Shown here: one piece after another, positions 55,315-63,865 of the stretch | Layout: every line of letters starts with the position of its first letter | Numbering within the stretch: position 1 is the first letter of the stretch | NCBI GenBank assembly: GCA_023261545.1 | Contig: JAHFOS010000004.1 | Coordinates: 1 to 63,865 of the forward strand | Length of the DNA: 63,865 nt | Reading direction: 5' to 3' | Origin: a bacterium | Lineage (GTDB): Bacteria > Planctomycetota > JADGBV01 | Notes under the pieces: generated by a model | Databases searched by the model: none | What the model was told of the DNA's origin: nothing | Seen by the model: only the letters and a program-made list of their open reading frames with translations | Program-made: the position numbers and the translations under genes

Positions 55315-56814
55315 CTAAAACATGAACTGGAACAGCATGCGAAGCTCGACCACGGTTTTTCGCGCGGTGCTGTTGCCGGGGGTGGCCAACAGGGAGTTTT
55401 GCGTCGTCGAAGTCGGGTCGGGAAAGGCATAGCCACCCACCGGCTGACTGCCGAGGGGGGTCGCGTTGCCCATCTTGTCATACCAAATGGGGCAGTTCAG
55501 ATAGATGGGCAGGTCGGTGACCAGCTTCAGGTTGTGCTCCTTGAAGTGGTAGGTGAAGGAGGGCGTAATCTCGTGAATGGAGTCTCCCAACTGGTTGTTG
55601 ACGACCTGTTTGACGGGAGTCCCGGCGGTAGCGCCCGTGCCCGTGGCGGAGTTCGAGAGGAAACCGGACTTCGAGTCCATGTTGAGCAGCGCGTAGCGCA
55701 AGCCCAGCTCGAAGGGCTGGAATTGATAATCGCCCTGGACGCGAAAATTGGAGAGCTGGACGCTTCCGAAGCGGTTGCGGTAGCGCCCCCAATTCACTTC
55801 GACCTCGCCTTCCAACGCCCGGCCCGGCGCGAGGAAGCGGCGCACCACGGCGTCGCCGCCGACAAACCAGAGGCTGCCGCGCTGCATGGTTTTCGTACCC
55901 GCGATGGTGCCGAGCCCCGGTCCACCGCCTTGGTTGATGTAAGGGTTGAAACCCGTGTCAATCAGCAGGTTCTTGTCAATGGTGCGCGATTGCAGGACGG
56001 AAGAGTGGCCGATGAGCGTATCCTTCATGTAGAGCGCGTTGAAATAGGCGGCCTTGGTCGTCCTTTTGAGGTTCAGGTCCGTCTGCACGACGTGGTAGAT
56101 GTCCTCGTCCACGCCATCGTTGTAGCCGAAGCGACCCACGATTTCCGGCACGCCGAGGCGCTCCGGCAGGTAGCGCTGCGGGATATCGCGGCCACCGGCT
56201 GAGAAAACGCCGATGGTGCCGTGCCAAAGGCCTCCGGTATCGAGCAGCGCCAAGCCGTAGTCGCGGGTCTGGTAGGAACCGAGGTTGGCAATGGATCGAT
56301 CTCCAAAATTCATGAAACCGCGGTCCGTGAGGCCCTCGCGGCTGTAGGGCACGCGAAACTGTCCGATTTTAAACCAGGCGTTGTTTCCGACCGGAACATC
56401 CGCCACGAAGTCGAGCAGCGTCAGGCCCGTGTTCGACCCTTGAGTGTCCTCGCCGCCGAAGGCAAGCTGGGTATCGTACTTCACGGTGTCGTAGTTGCCT
56501 TTGAAGCCGAGACGCGATTGCTTCATGAACAGGTAAAGGCGGTTATCATCGCGGGTGGGGTCGTCAACGCTCTCGATGACGCCGATCATCTGGCCCCGGC
56601 CGTACACCTCCAGCGAGGCGTTCTCGTTTTTCACGACCTCGATGCTGAAGCCGTGCGCGTGAAGCCCCAACAGGACCGCCACGATGGTCAGAGCCGCTTT
56701 CGCTGCCCTCCCGCGAATCCCGGCGGCGGGCGCGGGAGCACAGGTTGGCGGCGTCAGCCTGGCCGCAACGGGCGCGGCCGGATGGAGGCTTTTTTCAGAC
56801 GAAGTGCGGGTCAT
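55315..56814 (-). CDS. Outer-membrane beta-barrel porin (OprO/OprP-like)
   Basis: An N-terminal hydrophobic signal region (ALTIVAVLLGLHAHG) is followed by a Y/G/N/D-rich alternating pattern. The C-terminus is ...LRMLFQFMF, with a terminal Phe. Confidence 0.75.
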   Translation of the reverse strand: MTRTSSEKSLHPAAPVAARLTPPTCAPAPAAGIRGRAAKAALTIVAVLLGLHAHGFSIEVVKNENASLEVYGRGQMIGVIESVDDPTRDDNRLYLFMKQSRLGFKGNYDTVKYDTQLAFGGEDTQGSNTGLTLLDFVADVPVGNNAWFKIGQFRVPYSREGLTDRGFMNFGDRSIANLGSYQTRDYGLALLDTGGLWHGTIGVFSAGGRDIPQRYLPERLGVPEIVGRFGYNDGVDEDIYHVVQTDLNLKRTTKAAYFNALYMKDTLIGHSSVLQSRTIDKNLLIDTGFNPYINQGGGPGLGTIAGTKTMQRGSLWFVGGDAVVRRFLAPGRALEGEVEVNWGRYRNRFGSVQLSNFRVQGDYQFQPFELGLRYALLNMDSKSGFLSNSATGTGATAGTPVKQVVNNQLGDSIHEITPSFTYHFKEHNLKLVTDLPIYLNCPIWYDKMGNATPLGSQPVGGYAFPDPTSTTQNSLLATPGNSTARKTVVELRMLFQFMF

Positions 56815-57464
56815 GGCGAAGGTTCCTTTCGGGTGGAATTGAGTTGAACGGGTGGCTCCAGGGTGTGGAAGAATACGTCGAAGTGCACCTGAATTTCATT
56901 TTTCGTCTTGAGCGCCCCCAGCATCATGACAGGCGGTTTGATGCCGTAATCGCTCATGCGCAGCACCTGGGTGCCGCTGAAGCGGGCCTCCTCCTGGGAG
57001 ACGCTGACTTTTGCGTTGACGAGTTCTTCCCGCTCCACACCATTGATGGCCATGGGGCCGCGCAGTTGCAGCTCGCCGCCGCTGGTGCTGAGCGGCAGGG
57101 CCTCCGCCACCTTGAAGCTGATGAGCGGAAAGGTTTCAGCCCCGAGGTGCCGGCGCATGTTGCGATCCAGTTTCGCGTCTCCCGAGCGCAGCTCCCCGGC
57201 TGGCACGGTGCATTCCAGCGCGGTGATCACCGGGCCTGTTTGCGGGTCGCGCAGTTGCAGCCAGCCCTGGAGTCCGGAGGCGGTGCTGCTGAAGACGTGC
57301 AGGGTGGAATCCCCCTGGATCCACAGCGAGCCGCGGCTGGGATCCAACTCCATGCGCCGCTCCGCCTGCGGTTCGGCCCTGGCGGCGAGCAGCACCATGG
57401 CGAGGACTGCGGCGACACGCAGCGCGCGACTCCAGGTATGGCGAGACTTATTTGTGATCCTCAT
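56811..57464 (-). CDS. YceI-like periplasmic (polyisoprenoid-binding) protein
   Basis: ATG 57464 gives the signal peptide MRITNKSRHTWSRALRVAAVLAMVLLAARA. YceI-like segments are GDSTLHVFSSTASGLQGWL and the C-terminal SDYGIKPP...IQVHFDVFF. Confidence 0.7.
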   Translation of the reverse strand: MRITNKSRHTWSRALRVAAVLAMVLLAARAEPQAERRMELDPSRGSLWIQGDSTLHVFSSTASGLQGWLQLRDPQTGPVITALECTVPAGELRSGDAKLDRNMRRHLGAETFPLISFKVAEALPLSTSGGELQLRGPMAINGVEREELVNAKVSVSQEEARFSGTQVLRMSDYGIKPPVMMLGALKTKNEIQVHFDVFFHTLEPPVQLNSTRKEPSP

Positions 57465-57480
57465 GATCCTGCCGCGACCT

Positions 57481-58062
57481 TTAAGGCTGGCCGGTCCCTG
57501 ATTCGTGTGCCGCGGCGGGCTCGGCGTCCGCTTCCGCGCCTTCAATGCGTCGCGCTAATTGCTCCAGCATGGCGCGCAGCTTTTTCTCGCTGGACTTGCG
57601 CATCATTTGCGCGGGCAGGCGGAAGCGCGGCTGGGCCTCAAGATGGTAATGCAGCGCGGTGGTGTTGGTGGAACCTTCCACCTGCCAGTACCCGCGATAG
57701 ATCTTGAAGTCTTTTTTCAATTCGTCCTCGAAATCCATCCGTTCCGGAAACCGCTCCTGAACGCGCAGCAAAACGCTCAGTTCGCGTTTGAAGAAAAACA
57801 GCTCTCCGGTCAACTGCTGACGCAACAGGACGTTGCCGCCGGCGCGCTCCACCAGCTCACTGTGCTTGACGAAACTCAGTCCCTCGCCGAGGCGGTCGTA
57901 GTCCGCAAGGACGCGCCAGGTCGCCTGGGCATCCGCCCGCAAGGATAGGGAGGCCTCCGTCACCAGCAGACCGTTGCGCAGCTTGGTCTGGATCTGCAGA
58001 TCATCGCCAGTTGCCGTTAAAAGCATCAGAAACAGCGGAAATATTTTTCTAAACGAAAGCAT
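57481..58062 (-). CDS. SRPBCC (START/polyketide-cyclase-like) lipid-binding superfamily protein, secreted
   Basis: ATG 58062 gives the signal peptide MLSFRKIFPLFLMLLTA. The segment ATWRVLADYDRLGEGLSFVKHSELV is typical of SRPBCC N-terminal strands. Confidence 0.65.
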   Translation of the reverse strand: MLSFRKIFPLFLMLLTATGDDLQIQTKLRNGLLVTEASLSLRADAQATWRVLADYDRLGEGLSFVKHSELVERAGGNVLLRQQLTGELFFFKRELSVLLRVQERFPERMDFEDELKKDFKIYRGYWQVEGSTNTTALHYHLEAQPRFRLPAQMMRKSSEKKLRAMLEQLARRIEGAEADAEPAAAHESGTGQP

Positions 58063-58105
58063 TTTGACACCCGAAGTGCCTGAAAGCAACCGCTGTGCCA
58101 AATAC

Positions 58106-58136
58106 GCATTAATCTTAAATAATTGAATATTAATGC
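58106..58136. promoter_or_regulatory. Perfect 8-bp inverted repeat GCATTAAT-N15-ATTAATGC in an AT-rich region upstream of the SRPBCC-YceI-porin operon. Candidate operator.
   Basis: Read directly from the sequence, 44-74 nt upstream of the SRPBCC start (58062) in an otherwise GC-rich genome. Confidence 0.35.
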
Positions 58137-58225
58137 ATAACAAAAAACAGTAGTAAAGTTAGTTGTCTGAATTAGGTTTTTTACAATCTGTTGAAAATTA
58201 GTTTACAGTTCGATAGTCTGGGCGC

Positions 58226-59107
58226 TCACATGCCTTCGGATTCAAGCCGGCGATAGGCGCTGGGCGTATGGCCGAAGAATTTCTTGAATTGCAAGTGAAA
58301 GTGGTGAACCTGGCGGAAACCCGTTTCAAAGGCGACGCGCTTGACGCTGAAAGAACTGGTACGCAGCAGCTCAGCCGCCCGATCCAGGCGCTGGCCGGCA
58401 AGGACGTCTTTGGGCGAACGCCCGAGGTATCGCTGGAAAATGCGGCGCAATTGCGTGGGTGTGATGCCGCACTCGCGGGCCAGCCCTTCCACGCTGAGGT
58501 CCTCGGCGAAGCGGGACTGGATGGTCCGCAGGCAATAGGCCAGGCGCGCGTCCGGAGGAGCCTCGGCTTTGGCCAGTCTCAAGCCGGTGCGAAGCAGGTC
58601 CAGAAATAGCCAGCGCAACAGGCCGATGCCGGCGAGACTGCCCGCCGGGGCATCGCTGTTGATGAGGCCCGTGAGATCGCGCAAACGGGCCATCCAGGCG
58701 CCGGGTTCCGGCAACCGGGCGAAAGGCGAGGAAAAGCCGCGGAACAGGCAGCGGTGCAGCCGATCGCGGAAAAAGCCATGCAGGGCGAAAACCTCGATGC
58801 TGGAGCAGCCCTGCGCGTAACAGGCCGACAGCAGTTCCCCCTGCTCCGCCAGCAAGATTTCCCCAGGCCCAAGCACGGCGCTTTCCCCCCCCACTTCCGC
58901 CGCAATGCGTCCCGCCATCAGGATGAAAAGAAAGTCATCCGGCTTCGTCTCCGCTTTCATGCCCCATTCCGGCCCCGTGATCCAGAAATGGCATGAAATC
59001 AGGGAGAGTTCATAGTCGCGCAGCAGGGACAAGGCCTGGGGGATCAAGGCCGCGGGCCAGTGCCCCGTCAGATCCATCCTGCGGGTAGGTTCGGATTCCG
59101 CACTCAA
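58226..59107 (-). CDS. AraC family transcriptional regulator
   Basis: The C-terminal dual HTH is LSVEGLARECGITPTQLRRIFQ...FSVKRVAFETGFRQVHHFHLQFKKFFGHTPSAY. Confidence 0.85.
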   Translation of the reverse strand: MSAESEPTRRMDLTGHWPAALIPQALSLLRDYELSLISCHFWITGPEWGMKAETKPDDFLFILMAGRIAAEVGGESAVLGPGEILLAEQGELLSACYAQGCSSIEVFALHGFFRDRLHRCLFRGFSSPFARLPEPGAWMARLRDLTGLINSDAPAGSLAGIGLLRWLFLDLLRTGLRLAKAEAPPDARLAYCLRTIQSRFAEDLSVEGLARECGITPTQLRRIFQRYLGRSPKDVLAGQRLDRAAELLRTSSFSVKRVAFETGFRQVHHFHLQFKKFFGHTPSAYRRLESEGM

Positions 59108-59185
59108 GGTTCGAATTCTGTACTTTTTTTGCGGGTCTTAGCGGATAAATTATAGGCATAGGTTCGTTTCATGAAGGAGTCAACC

Positions 59186-59992
59186 ATGTCATCCAATGCC
59201 GTTCTCACCGCCCCGACGAAATCCCTGAGCCCCGAGCAGCTCGCGCAGTACCGCGAGCAGGGGTTCCTCATCGTGCGCGGCCTGCTGGGCCCCGAGGAGG
59301 TGGATCGCGTCCAGCGCCTCAAGCAGCGCATCGAAGGCGAAGTGGCGGGGGCGGATGGGGATTTCCAACGCGATGGCGCGGACTACAACTTCGAGCGCGT
59401 GGACCTGAACCTGGAGAACGTGAACTCCACGGGCCAGATCCGCCATGGCGTGCTGCGCAAGATCCAGGATATCCACGGCTCGGAAAGCGAATTCCGCGCC
59501 GCCTGCGTGACGGAAAATGTCCTCGACATCGTTGAGGATATCATCGGCCCGGAAATCTACTACCATTCGAGCAAGCTGATGTTCAAGCCCGCGCGCGGCG
59601 GGCGCCAAAAGCCGTGGCACCAGGACTTCGCCTACTGGAGCGAACAGAACCCCAACCAGGTCACCGTGTGGTACGCCATCGATCCCGCAACCCGCGAAAA
59701 CGGTTGCGTCAAAACTTCGGTGGGCTCCCACAAGCGCGGCCTGCGGCCGCACTTCGGTAAAGAGCTCCAGTTGGATCCGACCCTCATTCCCGCAGAAAGC
59801 ATCGTGTACGCGGAGATGCAACCCGGCGATGTGCTTTTCTTCGACGTGCTGACCCTGCACGGTTCGGATCCCAATTTTTCTGAACACCCCCGCCTGTCCT
59901 GCATCGTGGATTTCCAGTGCGAGCCCACGCCGTTGCGGAAAGACGCCCCCGACTGGCTGCGGCAACCGCTGCGCAGCGCGGGCGGGGTCTGA
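59186..59992 (+). CDS. Phytanoyl-CoA dioxygenase (PhyH) family Fe(II)/2-oxoglutarate oxygenase
   Basis: ATG 59186 is preceded by AAGGAG at 6-nt spacing; an in-frame ATG at 59171 is an alternative. Motifs: YREQGFLIVRGLL, the facial triad WHQD, and a distal His in TLHGSDPN. Confidence 0.85.
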   Translation: MSSNAVLTAPTKSLSPEQLAQYREQGFLIVRGLLGPEEVDRVQRLKQRIEGEVAGADGDFQRDGADYNFERVDLNLENVNSTGQIRHGVLRKIQDIHGSESEFRAACVTENVLDIVEDIIGPEIYYHSSKLMFKPARGGRQKPWHQDFAYWSEQNPNQVTVWYAIDPATRENGCVKTSVGSHKRGLRPHFGKELQLDPTLIPAESIVYAEMQPGDVLFFDVLTLHGSDPNFSEHPRLSCIVDFQCEPTPLRKDAPDWLRQPLRSAGGV

Positions 59993-60018
59993 GAAGTCCG
60001 GAGACAAGAGCGTTGTAG

Positions 60019-60037
60019 CCGGCCTCTGTGAGGCCGG
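60019..60037. terminator. GC hairpin between convergent genes; possible bidirectional terminator
   Basis: CCGGCCTC-TGT-GAGGCCGG is a perfect 8-bp stem. There is no strong T-run, so confidence is low. Confidence 0.35.
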
Positions 60038-60308
60038 ATTGATGGGTGGCGGGCTCAGAACCGGCTACAGTTTTTCACTTTTGCATGTTGGACCGGCTGG
60101 ACCTTTCGGCCTGAGCAGTTACCCGCGATGTTCTTTTCCACCAGCAAGTTGGTCGAGACGTAGAACCAAAGTTCCGGTGGTCGCGCTTCGCCAGTGGGCG
60201 CCTCTGCCATTGCAGGGATCGCCAAGCCCAGGAACACAAGAAAAAATCGCGGCTTGGCGGAAAACCCTCAGCTTCATACCACCGGAGCGCCGGCCGGCGA
60301 TGTGCCGC

Positions 60309-61559
60309 TCAAAGCGCCTTGCCAAAAAGATCGGCAATGCGCACCGGTTGGCCCCTGGCGATGGAGTGGTTGGCCGCGATGCCCGTGAGGATGGACATGG
60401 CGCCCGCGTGCGAGCTGGCCATGTGGCCGAGGGGGTCGGGTTGCGCGCCGGCAAACAGCATCTTGTGCAGGCGCACGTCGCCCCCGCTGTGGGCTTCGTG
60501 GCTCACGGCGATGGACACGGTTTCCACCGGCCGATTCCAGCGAACGACGCGGATATCCTGGTGATCCTTGCGCACATACGGGCCGCTGTGCCACTCCTCA
60601 GCCTCGATGCGACCCTCGCTGCCGTTGAGGGCCATGCGCCAGCCCTCGTAAGCGCAGTGGGCATTCAGCGAATAAGCGAGCTGCGTGCCGCCGGAGTAGC
60701 GCGCGGTGAGCGTCATGGTGTCCTCGATGTCAATGTCGTCCGCGAAAACGCAGCGGTCGCGGAGGTAGCCGTCGTGGTGCTCCACCTTGGCGTAGAGCTC
60801 CTTGTTGTCCAGCAGCGTGCCCACCACGGTGGGGGTGTTGATGTCGAAGTAGAATTCGCAGGTCTTGGTGTGGGCGCAGGTGCGGCAGTTTTCGCCGCGT
60901 TCCGCGCGCGTCGGCCCGTAGAATTGGCGCGACCCGAAGGCGAAGACCTCGACCGGATCCTGGGCCAGGAACCAATTGACGATGTCGAAATGGTGTGTGC
61001 TCTTGTGGACCAGCAGCCCCCCGGAATTCTTCTTTTGCCGGTGCCAGCGACGGAAGTAGTCCGCGCCGTGCGAGCGGTCGAGCTGATAATTGAAGTCCAC
61101 CGAGATCACGCGGCCAATGGCCCCGGCGGCGAGCAGCTCCTTGACGCGGGTGACGTAGGGCGCGAAGCGGTAGTTGAAGGTGACGGTCACCTTGCGGCCC
61201 GTGCGCTTTTCGACTTCGAGGACCTGGCGGCACTGCACCTCGTTGATGGTCATGGGTTTCTCGGAAATAACATCGCAGCCGCGCTCCAAGGCCTTCACGA
61301 TGAACTCGTGGTGCAGCGCGTCCACGGTGCAGACGATGACCGTGTCCGGTTTCACGGCTTTCATCATGGCGTCGAAATCCCGGAAAGCGGGAATGGCCGT
61401 GCCGAGGATGCGGTTCAGGTACTCCATGCGGCCCGGGTTGATGTCGCAGATGCCGGCCAGCTCCGCGCTATCCTTGAAGTTCTGGACCAACGGCGCCGCG
61501 AACATGCCCAGCCCGCGGCCCCCGCACCCCACCAACGCGTAGCGTTTCCTGCCGGTCAT
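60309..61559 (-). CDS. Gfo/Idh/MocA family NAD(P)-dependent oxidoreductase
   Basis: The N-terminal Rossmann motif is RYALVGCGGRGLGMF. 416 aa with typical family length and organisation (EKPM motif: ISEKPMTIN). Confidence 0.9.
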   Translation of the reverse strand: MTGRKRYALVGCGGRGLGMFAAPLVQNFKDSAELAGICDINPGRMEYLNRILGTAIPAFRDFDAMMKAVKPDTVIVCTVDALHHEFIVKALERGCDVISEKPMTINEVQCRQVLEVEKRTGRKVTVTFNYRFAPYVTRVKELLAAGAIGRVISVDFNYQLDRSHGADYFRRWHRQKKNSGGLLVHKSTHHFDIVNWFLAQDPVEVFAFGSRQFYGPTRAERGENCRTCAHTKTCEFYFDINTPTVVGTLLDNKELYAKVEHHDGYLRDRCVFADDIDIEDTMTLTARYSGGTQLAYSLNAHCAYEGWRMALNGSEGRIEAEEWHSGPYVRKDHQDIRVVRWNRPVETVSIAVSHEAHSGGDVRLHKMLFAGAQPDPLGHMASSHAGAMSILTGIAANHSIARGQPVRIADLFGKAL

Positions 61560-61925
61560 GTTCTTATCCCCCTGCTGGCCGCCTTGATCCTACTTTGGAC
61601 GATGGGGTGTAAACAAGCGCGCCGCTTGGCCGCTAGACGCGGAGTCGCCCGCCGAATTTCCAGCCGTTGCCGTTCCTGAGGATAACGTAGCTGGAGCCGG
61701 GCTCGATGCGCGGGTCGGCGAGCCACTGCTCCACGGTGGCGCGCGGAATGAACACTGACCCGGCCACCCTCGCATCGGCTTGTCAAGCGCACTATCCTCG
61801 TGGCCGCAGTGGGCGTGGACCTGCGCATGCGCGGCAGATCGTGAGCCTTTCCAAGAGGCTGCCTCCCTTGTGTTCGGCGCCGATGCGCCTATCCTGGGCT
61901 GCAAGCGTCAAGGCCTACCCCTACG

Positions 61926-63134
61926 TTGCCAATTAGCACAACCTTCGATCAATTCATCCGCGCCAGCGTGGCCCGCAGGGAGGAACTCGACGCCTTCCTC
62001 TCCCCCGACCAGCCCACCTGGGCGAAGTTCGATCCCGAACTCGGCTACGTCTTGGGCCATTCCATGCCCCGGGACGGGCTGGATGGCTGCCTCACCATCT
62101 CCAATGCCGGCGCGGATGGAGCGCGCCGATCTGTCGTTTACGCAGATCGACCCTGCCGTATCCATACCTTCGGGGACAGTTTCACGCTCTGCCACCAGGT
62201 GAGCGACCACGAGACTTGGCAGGAGGTCCTTGCCGCGCACTTCGGCGAACCCGTCCGCAACTACGGCATGGGGGGATACGGCGCCTATCAGGCGTACCGG
62301 CGGCTGCGCAAAGTCGAGAGCCTGGGGCCGGGAGCGGAGTACCTCATCCTCTACATCTGGGGTGGCGAAGATCATTACCGCAGCGCGCTGCGTTGCCGCA
62401 GCGCGCTGACGCACGTCTGGCGCGGACGCATGGGCACCCAGATGTTCCACGGGAATTTCTGGCCCAACCTGGAGATGGATCTGGGCTCCGGCACCCTCGT
62501 CGAGCGCGACAACCCGTTGGCGACGCCGGAAGCGCTCTACCACATGACCGACCCGGAGTTCATGGTGGAGGCCCTCAGGGACGACCTGATGATGCAACTG
62601 AGCGCTTACCTGAAGGGGCACATCCGGGAGGTGGACTTGAAACTCCTGGGCCAGTTGGCGGAGATCCTGCGGCTCCCCCGCGCGCCTGGCGCCGAGGACG
62701 AGAGAGCCTGGGTGAGCGCCCTGCGCGACGCTTACGCTTTTGCGACCAGCCGCGAGGTCATCGATATGGCCCTGGAATTCGCGGCGCGCCACCAGCGCAA
62801 ACTGCTCATCGCGCTTTTCTGTCCCCACATCACGCGCCAGCTCATCACCGCGGGCCGGCGCGACGACCAGCCCGTGGTGGATCACCTGCGCGCGCGCGGG
62901 GCCCGCGTCTTCGACATGAACCTCGCGCACGCCGAAGATTTCAAAAATTTCAACCTCGACGTGGACGCGTATCTGCGCCGCTTCCTCCTGGGACATTACC
63001 ATCCCGCGGGCAATCACTTCTTCGCCTTCGCCATCCGCAAGACCCTGGTGGACTGGCTCGAACCCAAGCCGCCGACCTACCGCGGCGGGGACGAGCGGCT
63101 CATTGATTTCCGCGGCTATCTCGAACAAGCCTGA
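61926..63134 (+). CDS. SGNH/GDSL-like hydrolase family protein (tentative)
   Basis: Block I-like IHTFGDSFT and block II-like NYGMGGYG. The TTG start at 61926 is uncertain. The plus-strand translation is protein-like, whereas the fully overlapping minus-strand ORF has antisense-type composition. Confidence 0.55.
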   Translation: MPISTTFDQFIRASVARREELDAFLSPDQPTWAKFDPELGYVLGHSMPRDGLDGCLTISNAGADGARRSVVYADRPCRIHTFGDSFTLCHQVSDHETWQEVLAAHFGEPVRNYGMGGYGAYQAYRRLRKVESLGPGAEYLILYIWGGEDHYRSALRCRSALTHVWRGRMGTQMFHGNFWPNLEMDLGSGTLVERDNPLATPEALYHMTDPEFMVEALRDDLMMQLSAYLKGHIREVDLKLLGQLAEILRLPRAPGAEDERAWVSALRDAYAFATSREVIDMALEFAARHQRKLLIALFCPHITRQLITAGRRDDQPVVDHLRARGARVFDMNLAHAEDFKNFNLDVDAYLRRFLLGHYHPAGNHFFAFAIRKTLVDWLEPKPPTYRGGDERLIDFRGYLEQA

Positions 63135-63213
63135 TCAACCCTCTGTCGCGACGAGCGGGAAGAGCCCGCTTGCGCGCAAGACTCGGCCTCCGCCCAGAAC
63201 CGCTGACGAGAGT

Positions 63214-63865
63214 TCAGTCGCGGCGGGAGTCATAGACCACCTCGCCGCGCACCAGAGTCATGCGCACCGCGAGGCGGGGATGCGTTTCCAGGATGACGAT
63301 GTCCGCGTCCTTGCCGGGTTCCAGGGTTCCCTTCCGCCCTGCGACACCGGCGATGGCGGCGGGGATGAGGCTGGCGCGGCGCAAAGCCGCCTCGAGATCA
63401 AGGTCCACGGTCTCGACAGCGTTGCGCACCAGGTCAATCATGCGCGCCGTGGAGCTGGCGAAGCCGGTGTTGTCCAGGTTGCGCGCCACGCCGTTTTCCA
63501 CGATGGCTTGGGTGCCGCGCCTGGAGCCGAAGGTGTAGACCCCGTCCGGCATTCCCGCCCCGCGCATGGCGTCCGTGACGAAGCACACCGCAGCCTCGGC
63601 CTTGGCCTTGAAGGCGAGGCGCAGCAGATCCTTGGGAACGTGGTGGAGATCGGCGATGAGTTCGGTGGCCAGCCGGTCGTCCAGCAAGGCCGCCTCGAGC
63701 ATGCCGGGGACGCGGAAGGGCCCCCGTTTGACGATGGTGGACATCACTGAGTAGAGATGCGTGATCATGCCCATGCCACGGTCCACCGCCGCCAGGGTTT
63801 CATCGAGAGTGGCGTTGCTGTGTCCTCCCGAGGCGATGATGTCCTCGCGGCGCAAGTCGGAGATG
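63214..63865 (-). CDS. nagA: N-acetylglucosamine-6-phosphate deacetylase (amidohydrolase). Only the C-terminal ~217 aa are present; the 5' end lies beyond the window.
   Basis: Motifs: GGHSNATLDE, ITHLYSVM, ELIADLHHV, FVTDAMRGAGMPDGVY, LAGS-like FASSTARM, and GKDADIVIL. The frame is open to the window edge. Confidence 0.8.
   Translation of the reverse strand, partial: ISDLRREDIIASGGHSNATLDETLAAVDRGMGMITHLYSVMSTIVKRGPFRVPGMLEAALLDDRLATELIADLHHVPKDLLRLAFKAKAEAAVCFVTDAMRGAGMPDGVYTFGSRRGTQAIVENGVARNLDNTGFASSTARMIDLVRNAVETVDLDLEAALRRASLIPAAIAGVAGRKGTLEPGKDADIVILETHPRLAVRMTLVRGEVVYDSRRD

Noticed and set aside
55267-56202. 311-aa plus-strand ORF, and the ORFs at 56221-56847 and 56745-57707
   Set aside because: They are antisense to the porin and YceI genes and have no recognisable features.
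60039-61679. 546-aa plus-strand ORF
   Set aside because: It is antisense to the Gfo/Idh/MocA oxidoreductase, whose minus-strand frame has the Rossmann motif and family organisation.
61908-63128. 406-aa minus-strand ORF almost exactly co-extensive with the plus-strand ORF 61926-63134
   Set aside because: One of the two must be spurious. The plus-strand product has a GDSL-like FGDSFT block and balanced composition. The minus-strand product is Val/His/Glu/Arg/Gly/Ala-rich in the manner of antisense frames. I therefore kept the plus strand, but with only moderate confidence.

Overview
This is a 63.9-kb high-GC bacterial chromosomal segment that is densely coding: about 57 protein genes and 2 tRNAs. 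I found no rRNA, CRISPR array, transposase, integrase or phage genes. All functional calls come from reading the supplied translations for family motifs by eye; no database search or computation was possible. The gene content (GT3 glycogen synthase, cyclophilin-FKBP fusion, repeated AraC/PhyH/Gfo-Idh-MocA modules, ACIII-type respiratory genes) resembles a Verrucomicrobiota/PVC-type genome, but that is inference only.

Layout:
(1) 1-5376: a KamA (lysine 2,3-aminomutase) + two Ddl-like ATP-grasp ligases + PaaK-like adenylating enzyme + SufS-like desulfurase cluster, followed by tRNA-Leu(GAG).
(2) 5576-10319: SCO1, a blue-copper cupredoxin, and haem-copper oxidase subunits I, III and IV. There is no canonical CuA subunit II.
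(3) 10406-16486: four uncharacterised envelope genes, including a ~1050-aa ABCG-like transporter with large extensions, then tRNA-Met(CAT).
(4) A PH-domain membrane protein, DJ-1, a dual-family PPIase, PutA and IcmF.
(5) 25961-40925: envelope glycoconjugate genes (four GT2, two GT9, M20, HAD, formyltransferase, deacetylase-like, GT3 glycogen synthase), interrupted by an AraC/PhyH pair.
(6) 41877-49969: the most interesting locus. It is a compact minus-strand operon encoding a Cyc2/Cyt572-like fused outer-membrane porin-cytochrome, a monohaem cytochrome c, a pentahaem ActA-like cytochrome, a molybdopterin-family subunit, a 4Fe-4S subunit, a large NrfD/ActC-like quinone subunit and a CbiM-PDGLE protein. 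Together these form a candidate electron conduit from the cell surface to the quinone pool.
(7) 50195-54129: a 2-oxoacid:ferredoxin oxidoreductase (KorAB) with a CBS-pair fused to KorB and a stand-alone CBS protein.
(8) A porin-YceI-SRPBCC operon, a second AraC/PhyH pair, Gfo/Idh/MocA, an SGNH-like hydrolase, and NagA truncated by the window edge.

Many long antisense shadow ORFs typical of high-GC DNA were rejected.
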